Below, piece after piece: positions 55,048-64,000 of a stretch of 64,000 bases of DNA. A program made the position numbers and the translations under genes. Location of the stretch: assembly GCA_964016885.1 (NCBI GenBank), contig OZ024741.1:287184001-287248000 (forward strand). The letters are read 5' to 3'. The DNA is from Eledone cirrhosa. Its lineage: Eukaryota. How positions within the stretch are numbered: the first letter of the stretch is position 1; each line of letters starts with the position of its first letter. The notes below the pieces were generated by a model, which had not been told where the DNA came from, did not search any database, and was given only the letters and a program-made list of their open reading frames with translations.

Positions 55048-56548
55048 ATACTTGGGGAGGGTCATATTTGCGTAATATTGCCAGAATTAATAACAGAACA
55101 CACTCACTGTTTGGTTGGTTTTCGCTTCTCGCTGTCTTTTATATCTGCGATCTAACATACTCGGTCCTCAATGTTGCCATTGACTGAGCGACGGTCAAAA
55201 ATAATACAGATACAATATAGACACAAACACATATATATAGTTTACATAATTTACATAAATCTTTCGTTGCACATCTGCAACGTCGTCAGTGGTGGTATAT
55301 TTTTTTCCTCCTGTTGTGTTGTATGTCTACGCCATTTTTTATTCAGTCTGTCTATATATTTATTTATTTATTTGCTTGTTTGTTTATTTTATTTTGTCTT
55401 CTTTACGCATGCGTTTGCGTGTGTGTATAGTGTTATGTGTGCTGTGTGACTAGTGTGTATAGTGTTGTGTCTGCTGGGTGACTAGTGTGTGTTTATGTGC
55501 TTGTTGTTATTGTGCTTGTGTATGTATTTATTTATCTTATTTTATTTTATTTTATTTATTTACTTATTTATACTTCTCTTAGGTCAGTGTTGTTTGTTTG
55601 GGTGTTGTTGTTGTTCCACTCATTCTTTCTGTTTAGCTTTGGTCTTCTAATTTCTATTTCACTGGCCTCTCTGATTTGCCTATCTGCTGGGTCATTCCTA
55701 TGTTTAGATATTATTCTAATTTCTATGTTGTCTATGTTACCGTCATGTTGTTGTCTAGCATGTTCGTATAGTACTGACCCGTTTTTTCGTCCTTTTAGTT
55801 CCCCCCAGTGTTGGTCTATCCTTTCACCTATGCTACGAGCTGTCTCACCTATGTATGTTGTTGTCATGTTTCTGCAAGTACCCTCTGTACATCTTATGCT
55901 ATAGACTACGTTTCTAGTTTTACAGTTTATCCGGGGGTTCACCTTACATATGATACATTTCCTATTGGTACAGTGGGTTTTCTTAAAAGGGTAGGTTTTG
56001 CTGATCAGGGATTTTATGGTGGTTCCTGGCTTTTCTACCACCTTTATTTTTAAGTGGGTCTCAGGGCCTTTCTACACTGGTTAGCTAATTTTCCTCCAGG
56101 GGTGGCGTCCACAAACATGACACTCTGATATCTCTGGTTGTCGTACCATGATGTGGCCTTCCCTATCTTACGTCTAGCCCTATCTAAGCTATTCCATGAT
56201 TTGCTCCTGTATAGTGGGCAAATACCTTTCATGTCCAGTTCTATGAGGGTCTTATACTTTTCCATGGTTCCTTCGTATACTCTGACTCTGTCTCTTTGGT
56301 TGTAGCCAGAGAACTGCATGCGGTTGATGAAGTGTTGGATGTGTCTTTCCATTTCTGTTGGGTCGCACATGCTGGACACATTCTTCATCACTCGTACCAA
56401 ATCTGCGATCAGAATATTAAACTTAGCACTACTGGACATTGCTGAGTTTTTGAGTATCAGGTATTTGGAGGCCATGGGTTTAGCATAGTGTGAGTGGAGA
56501 ATTTGGGCTCTCTCGTCTATAGTGTTAATCCACTAAAAAACCTCGCTA

Positions 56549-56551
<3 letters not shown>
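55041..56551 (-). mobile_element. 5'-truncated PLE family A copy (thumb + GIY-YIG + pLTR)
   Basis: ORFs 56050-56475 and 55568-56041; inverted homologue of ~58905-60373. Confidence 0.9.
55254..55291 (-). ncRNA. Hammerhead motif in pLTR
   Basis: CA-CTGACGA-C-GTTGCA-GATG-TGCAAC-GAAA-GAT-TTA-TG; stems I and III weak. Confidence 0.68.
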
Positions 56552-56616
<65 letters not shown>

Positions 56617-57045
56617 GCTAAAAAGTGACTCTTGTTACTTTGGAGTTACGCCTGGGCATCAGCCAAGATATCTGTATATAGATACATACAAATATTCTCT
56701 TCTGCCCCTTGGCAGTATCGGTACAATGTCGGACGCCATGCTTTCCAGCATAGAGTTACGTCCCTTTATGGTCTGAGTTCTATTCCTGCCGAGGTTAACT
56801 TTGCCTTCCATCCTTAAGGGGTCGATAAAATAAAGCACCAGTAATGCACAGGGATAATTGCTGGTCTTGTGCCAAAAGTAGAAACAAATATTAACTTTGT
56901 TAAGTTTTATCATTATCTGTCTGAATTTCCACTCTTTTCCATAACATTAACCAAAAGTGGGGAACAGAACGAATGCTTACGTCTCCTCTAGCTTGACTGT
57001 AACCTCCGACATCAAACTATGGTTCATGTACGTATGCATGTATGC

Positions 57046-57089
<44 letters not shown>

Positions 57090-57199
57090 TTGCGAGGTTT
57101 TTTTATATGAAATCGTGTGTCGAAACAAATATTGTTATACTTGGGGAGGGTCATATTTGTGTAATATTGCCAGAATTAATAACAGAACACACTCACTGT

Positions 57200-59874
57200 A
57201 GTAATAACGGTAACAATACAACCAACAACAACAATAACCACAGTGGTAATAATGGAAATAGTACATGTAGCAACATCAATGATAGACAAAACAAAAACAA
57301 GAAGCATAATAAAAGTAACAACCACAATGGTAGAAATAACAGTAACAACAACAATAACGGTGAAGTAAACAACAATACATCTAGCAATCATAACAATAAT
57401 AATAATGCTAATAATAGAAACAACAACAACCACCATGATAACAATACTAGCAACACACACAACTATGACGATAGATATAATGACAACCCCTTAGAGAAAC
57501 TATTTTTCAACCCAGCTGACAAAATATATAAGATGGGTAATATCTATCCTACGAGGTTACCCTTTAATAAAAGAGTTTGCATTCCACAACAAATAGATGA
57601 CGAGACAGAGGCACAGTTCACCATAGCTAGAAATAAGATTAGACAAGTAGTAGACAGGTATACTAAGAGACAGAGCAGACCAGAGGCCCAACAACTTGGG
57701 AGGAAACCTGTAGAAGGCTTGGTTAGCCTCAAGCAGCGCACAAGGGATGGTGAGGTAGTATGTCTACCCACGGATAAGTCTGGCAGGATGTCAATAGATA
57801 ACATGCCGAACTACATCAAGGCTATGCAACCCCACATCACCAACACGAGCGAAATTGCACAACAAACACACGATGGGAGAGAGAAAATCCGCAACGCTCA
57901 CATGATGATGTGGACTGACATCCTAAAGCCAAGCATACGCACTGCCAACAACTTCCAGGCGTCTAACAATGGCATACCACCCTTGTATGGGCTCCGCAAA
58001 GACCACAAGACAGTCGACGACCCGACAACAAGACCACCAACAAGACCCGTATGCGGAGCTAATATAGCTAGTAACTACAGGATCTCCTACTTCCTCTCAA
58101 TGGTTATACGCCCCATAATCAAGATGTCCCCAGATGTATGTGACAGTACAGAGGACCTCCTCAGCAGAATCAGTGAGTGCAACAAAAACAGGAACCTATC
58201 CAACTGCATAATAGGCAGCATGGATGTGGTGTCACTGTACCCATCCATTAACATTGATTTTGTTGTGAAAAGATGTGTGGAGATGATCATTGAGAGTGAG
58301 GTGGAGTTCTGCGACGTCGACACAGACGAACTGGGCCTCCTACTTAGACTTACCTACGACACTGACTACCTAGACAGCCATGACCTTAGACGTTTCTGCC
58401 CTAGTAGACCTATAAGAGGTAGACCCCCCACCATAACCTCAATGGCAAAAAAGATTTCCATGGGAAGCTATACGGACCCCCAAAAACAATGATCAGGTAA
58501 GAAAAATGGTCGCACATGCAATAGGGGCTAGTATCAAAACTACCCTAAAGGGCCACATATTTAAGTTCAACGAGAAGATCTACTCCCAAAATGAGGGAGC
58601 AGCCATCGGCGTCAGCATAGCTGGTGATGTTGCCAACCTTTTCATGGTATGGTGGTAAAGGAGACTTAAAAATCTCCTTAATGAGAGCTCCATAGACCTC
58701 ATCATGTACTCTCGTTATGTAGACGATATCAATATAGTTATAAGAACACCCCCACTAGAGAGCACTAATAAGTTTGATTTAGAACGTAGCACGATGGAAA
58801 GCATCCAGCAGATAGCTAATTCCATACACCAGAGTATAACTGTAACTATCGACTTCCCTTCCAAACACCCTAACAATAGACTACCTGTATTAGACACAGA
58901 ACTCTGGATTAACACTATAGACGAGAGAGCCCAAATTCTCCACTCACACTATGCTAAACCCATGGCCTCTAAATACCTGATACTCAAAAACTCAGCAATG
59001 TCCAGTAGTGCTAAGTTTAATATTCTGATCGCAGATATGGTACGAGTGATGAAGAATGTGTCCCGCATGTGCGACCCAACAGAAATGGAAAGACACATCC
59101 AACACTTAATTCAACCGCATGCAGTTCTCTGGCTACAACCAAAGAGACAGAGTCAGAGTATACGAAGGAGCCATGGAGAAGTATAAGACCCTCATAGAAC
59201 TGGACATGAAAGGAATTTGCCCATTATACAGGAGCAAATCATGGAATAGATTAGATAGGGCTAGACATAAGATAGGGAAAGCCACCTCATGGTACGACAA
59301 CCAGAGATACCAGAGTGTCATGTTTGTGGACGCTACCCCTGGAGGGAAATTAGCTAACCAGTGTAGAAAGGCCCTGAGAAAGACCCACTTAAAAATTAAG
59401 GTGGTAGAAAAGCCAGGAACCACCATAAAATCCCCGATCAGCAAAACCTACCCTTTTAAGAAAACCCACTGCACCAATAGGAAATGTATCATATGTAAGG
59501 TAAACCCCCGGATAAACTGTAAAACTAGAAACGTAGTCTATGGCATAAGATGTACAGAGGGTACTTGCAGAAACATGACAACAACATACATAGGCGAGAC
59601 AGCTCGTAGCATAGGTGAAAGGATAGACTAACACTGGGGGGAACTAAAAGGACGAAAAAATGGTTCGGTACTATACGAACATGCCAGACAACAACATGAC
59701 GGTAACATAGACAACATAGAAATTAGAATAATATCTAAACATAGAAATGACCCAGCAGAGAGGCAAATCAGAGAGGCCAATGAAATAGAAATTAGAAGAC
59801 CAAGCCTAAACAGAAAGAATGAATGGAATAACAACAACACCCAAAGAAACAACACTGACCTAAGAGAAGTATAA
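57200..59874 (+). pseudogene. PLE polyprotein (Asn-rich N-terminal part, RT, thumb, Cys linker, GIY-YIG)
   Basis: ORFs 56957-58492 (real part from ~57200), 58704-59186 and 59119-59631, plus read-through homology to 59874. Confidence 0.88.
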
Positions 59875-60127
59875 ATAAGTAAATAAAATAAAATAAATAA
59901 ATAAATAAATAAATGAATACATACACAAGCACAATAACAACAAGCACATAAACACACACTAGTCACCCATCACACAGCAAACAAAACACTATACACACAC
60001 GCAAACGCATGCGTAAAGAAGACAAAATAAAATAAACAAACAAACAAATAAATAAATAAATAAATATATAGACAGACTGAATAAAAATGGCGTAGACATA
60101 CAATACAACAGCAGGAAAAGATAGCAC

Positions 60128-60165
60128 CACTGACGATGTTGCAGATGTGCAACGAAAGATTTATG
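60128..60165 (+). ncRNA. Hammerhead motif in pLTR
   Basis: CA-CTGACGA-T-GTTGCA-GATG-TGCAAC-GAAA-GAT-TTA-TG. Confidence 0.68.
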
Positions 60166-60368
60166 ATAAACTATGTATATGTGTTTGTGTCTATATTGTA
60201 TCTGTATTATTTTTGACCGTCGGTCAGTCAATGGCAACATTGAGGACCGAGTAAGTTAGATTACCGATATAAAAGACACAGAAGCGAGAAGCGAAAACCA
60301 ACCAAACAGTGAGTGTGTTCTGTTATTAATTCTGGCAATATTACACAAATATGACCCTCCCCAAGTAT

Positions 60369-60430
<62 letters not shown>

Positions 60431-60462
60431 AGATCAAAAGATGGTTAAAGGAGTTCCATATA

Positions 60463-60529
60463 TTTTATTATGCGCATTTCAAAAACAAACATCATCATGC
60501 AATAATATTTGTGTTTTCATCAGATAAAA
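60463..60529 (-). ncRNA. Hammerhead ribozyme in 3' pLTR
   Basis: TTTTAT-CTGATGA-long stem II-GAAA-TGCGCA-TA-ATAAAA. Confidence 0.82.
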
Positions 60530-61510
60530 CAGGAGAACATGATATGAAGGCTGAAAAACACTTGTTGATAGTGCAGTTTTAAATCAACATATGAAAAGTG
60601 GTTTTAGATTGATGTGTGATATTGGGAAAAATATTTTATTTAGAGAGGGGGGGGGGAAGGATGAAAAGGGAAGGAGATGAGAGGGAGAGATGGGTGATAG
60701 AGAGAAAGAGATAGTTTTTATAACTGAGAGGAGATATATTTTTTACATAGAGGGGTTGAAAACCGTTGGAAGATACTGTATAAATTAAAAATTTTGAAAA
60801 TTAACGAAGGGAGGATATGTGCGAGGAAAAAATATTTTATTTAGGGAGGGGGGTGGAAAGGATGAAAAAAAAGGGGGGAGGAGATGAGAGTGAAGGTGGA
60901 GAGGGAGAGATGGGTGATAGAGAGAAAGAGATAGTTTTTATAACTGAGAAAAAGATATATTGTTTTAATATAGAGAGGTTGGGAACCGTTGGAAGATAAT
61001 GTATAAATTAAAGGAATTTGAAAATTAACGAAGGGAAATTATGTATGAAGATAGAGAGAAAAAAATAATAATTGTGGGTGAATATTCTAACGTCAAAAGA
61101 AGAAATGTATGTATTGTGGCAATTTCAAAATTAGCGAAGAGAAAAATTGTTAAGGTTTGTGTGTAGAAGGATTTGAGAAAAATAATGTGAAGTTAAAGTT
61201 TGTATATTGAATTGATATGTATTAATAATGAGTTCGTTGATGGGGAGAAAAAAATAATAATAAATTAAGGATGAAATTGAGATTAAAAAGATTTATGATA
61301 GAGAGAAAAAATAATAATGATTGCGGATGAATATTCAAAAAGTCAAAAACAAATGTTATTATTTTACGAGAAGATAGAATGAGGGTAATGAGTAAACGAG
61401 TATTATAGAGTGTATAATGCCCTTTAAAGTAAGGTAGATGGGTATATTTTAAAGAGGTGTATGTATATGTGCCTTTGAGAAAAGATTCTAAATTGATAAA
61501 GAATTGAATA

Positions 61511-62820
61511 TTAACTGTATACTTTGTGAAAAGTTCTATGGAATTTATGCAGGCAGATAGAAAACAAATCTGAGCGTCTATTTATTATAGAATCTAGGTT
61601 AGAGATAATGGTAAATTTTTCATTTAGGCAGAGATTACAGATTTTAGATAGAGAGCTGTTCAAGTATGAGGATGCAGAAGAAATCTTTTTCCAAAAGATG
61701 TTATATTTAATGTTTTTGTCTTTTAAGGACCATATGAGTTCTGAGAGAGCAGTGTTAGTTCTTTTAAGTTTGTATTTGAAAGATGAATGATGATTATAGA
61801 GACGAGCTTTAAAAGAGGTGGAAGTGGAGCCAAAATAGGTGAAGGAATTGGTGCTAGTTATAATTTTACATTCATAAATTAAGTTTTTATCGAGGCAATG
61901 GTTGTTGAGAGGACATTTATTTTTAATGCGGCAGTTGCAATTAGAGAGATTATTAATGAGTGATCTAGTGTTATCTATAGAAGGAATTGGATTGGAGAAG
62001 TTGTTTGCGATAGGAATAATAGGAATAATAGTTTCTTGATTTAGAGTTGGATTATGAACATTTAGCGAAGTTGTGTTTGACGTTGTATTTGGGTTTACAG
62101 AAGTTAGCCTAGGGTTTACAATGACGTCGGGAGTACTATTACTGTTATTATGAAATTCAATATTGGAAGGAAGAGATTTAGTATTTAATATTTTGTTGTT
62201 GTGTTTAGAGATGATGTTGGAAATATTGGAGGATGTAGAATACGAAAATTTGATGGTGTGTTTGTTAAATATTTTACTATAGATATGTGAGGGAGGGAAG
62301 CATTTATTTAAGGCACTAAAAAATAATTTAGGAATATTGTTATTAATAGAGATGGAGAAAGGAGCATTATACCAGATTATGTTTTTGTATCTAGGTCTTT
62401 TATTAAAATTATTGGAATGGTCATGATTAATTATTCTACTGTAAGTTTTCCTAGAATTTGCTTCTTTATTATATTTGATTTTATCTGGATAGCCGGCTTT
62501 AGAAAGTGCGTTATTATAGTAATTGGCGTTAGCATCAAAGATGTTTTTATTAGAAGATATGTTAGATATTCTATTTCCAATATTATTAACTATAGCATTC
62601 TTGATATTGGTAGGATGGTTAGATTTAAAGTTAACATAATTAAGATTCTCATTGTTTTTATGGTAAGGGTAATATAGGCCAGTGTCAAGATTAAGAGATA
62701 CATCCAAGAAATTAGCTAGTTTGATACTATTATCAAATTCAATTTTTAGGTTATTTTGGTTAAAGAGTTTACGTATATTGTTCTTAATAATATTAAGTTT
62801 AACTATATTGCAATTTAGGA
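61511..62820 (-). pseudogene. PLE RT C-terminus/thumb + GIY-YIG, uninterrupted but 5'-truncated
   Basis: 453-aa ORF; the first ~17 codons derive from the inverted pLTR. Confidence 0.87.
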
Positions 62821-62933
62821 TAAATAAAATATTTTTCCCAATATCACACATCAATCTAAAACCACTTTTCATATATTGATTTAAAACTGCACTATCAACA
62901 AGTGTTTTTTAGCCTTCATATCATGTTCTCCTG

Positions 62934-63000
62934 TTTTATCTGATGAAAACACAAATATTATTGCTTGATGATGTTTGTTTTTGAAATGCGCATAATAAAA
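62934..63000 (+). ncRNA. Hammerhead ribozyme in inverted pLTR, AUA cleavage after 62994
   Basis: TTTTAT-CTGATGA-AAACACAAATATTATT-GCTT-GATGATGTTTGTTTTT-GAAA-TGCGCA-TA-ATAAAA: 6-bp stem I, 16-position stem II with one mismatch, palindromic ATGCGCAT. Confidence 0.85.
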
Positions 63001-63123
63001 TATATGGAACTCCTTTAACCATCTTTTGATCTTATATTATGCATACTCCAGTCCCACAAACTGTAGAGTGCTTCTTATCCGATATCTGCATTGCTTTATT
63101 GTACTACAATAAAACTCACCTCC

Positions 63124-63162
<39 letters not shown>

Positions 63163-64000
63163 ATATGTATGCATGTATGCAGGTATGTATGGGTGAATGT
63201 ATGGGTGGATGGTGTCATAATATAATATATAAAGATAAACCACCAACTTTGTTTCAGACATTAACGTAAAATGTATGACGCGCCTTTCATTCTCAACTTC
63301 TAAAACCTCCCCAGATCTTCAGATATACGTTATCTTTGTAATGTTACATTGAAGATAAAAGATAAATGAAGATAAAAGATAAATCAAGACGGTGAACATG
63401 GAAATAAAATGGAATGATAAAAGACTTTAAACTTATGTTTAAGCAGTTAGCTTAGTTGTTTTCATACACTAAAGAGCGGTGAGTGACCATTTCCCATATG
63501 TATAAATTACTTAGATATTATATTTCTTGACGGATTTCTGTTAATGCCTCCTATTAATATTATCTATCGACCTGCGGTTGCGGGAATAGCAAAATCAGTG
63601 GAATGTCGGATAAAATATATTTGTGTTTTTTTCATTCTAGCTCTTTAAGTTCTGAGTTCTGATGTCAACTTTGCTTTTCTTCCTTCCTAGGTCGATAAAT
63701 AAAGTAGCGGTCAGTTACTGGCGCTGATTAAATCAACTTTGCCCCAGCCACCAAACCTAAGAAAAATTACTGGCCTTGTGCTGAAATTAAAAATCAATAT
63801 TATCTATTGATCTATCTCTGTAAAACATAGTATACAATTAAGTGACGCATTCAGTCGTGTTGGTACAGAGACCTGAATACCTAAGGTTAATTGAGAGATT
63901 CCGCCCACAGTGTAATCATATGCATCAATCATACTTAGAATACATGAGACGTACAAAGGAGGTTTAGAAAAAGGTATAAGGTGAACAGTTGTATATAAAA

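Larger units (their letters stand above)
57087..60373 (+). mobile_element. Long PLE family A copy (RT + GIY-YIG, decayed) with inverted pLTR piece at 57087-57199
   Basis: PTDKSG, LYGLRKDHK, PTRPVC, SMDVVSLYPSI, QNEGAAIG, RYVDD, LPVLDTEL, YIGETARS; frameshifts/stops at ~58440, 58656, ~59110, 59629. Confidence 0.92.
60424..63040 (-). mobile_element. 5'-truncated PLE (family B) with ~215-bp inverted pLTRs at both ends
   Basis: 60424-60643 is the reverse complement of 62821-63040; ORF has NFLDVSLNL, SNHP, CNCRIKNKCPLNNHC, LIYEC..YFGST, FKARLYNH, CNLCLNEK. Confidence 0.9.

Noticed and set aside
56957-57199. N-terminus of the 511-aa ORF (likewise the start of ORF 61511-62872)
   Set aside because: Chance open frame through flank, microsatellite and inverted pLTR; not part of the PLE protein

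Overview
AT-rich, microsatellite-saturated eukaryotic DNA. The tRNA/Meta-type SINE family and the (TA)n/(CA)n/(GATA)n density suggest an octopus-like cephalopod; this is an inference. No host gene exon is evident, and most short ORFs in the track are microsatellite translations or antisense shadows. The window is a retroelement nest. (1) Three near-full-length Tx1-like (L1 clade) LINEs. Two sit head-to-tail within (GATA)n, and one has an intact 1145-aa ORF2. In all three the ORF1 stop is in frame with ORF2 across a stop-free spacer. (2) At least six Penelope-like element (PLE, RT + GIY-YIG) copies from two families. (3) An RTE fragment with a PHD finger, decayed R4/Dong-like copies, about 15 SINEs and a mariner-type MITE. 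The most striking signal is non-coding. About 14 minimal type-I hammerhead ribozyme motifs of roughly 10 sequence types can be read by eye, including U3-A8 core variants. They lie in PLE termini, in asymmetric fold-back palindromes inserted in (TA)n, and in two ORF-less retrozyme-like units (436 bp and 585 bp) whose terminal redundancy fits a circular or multimeric RNA intermediate. All motifs were read manually, and element boundaries are approximate.
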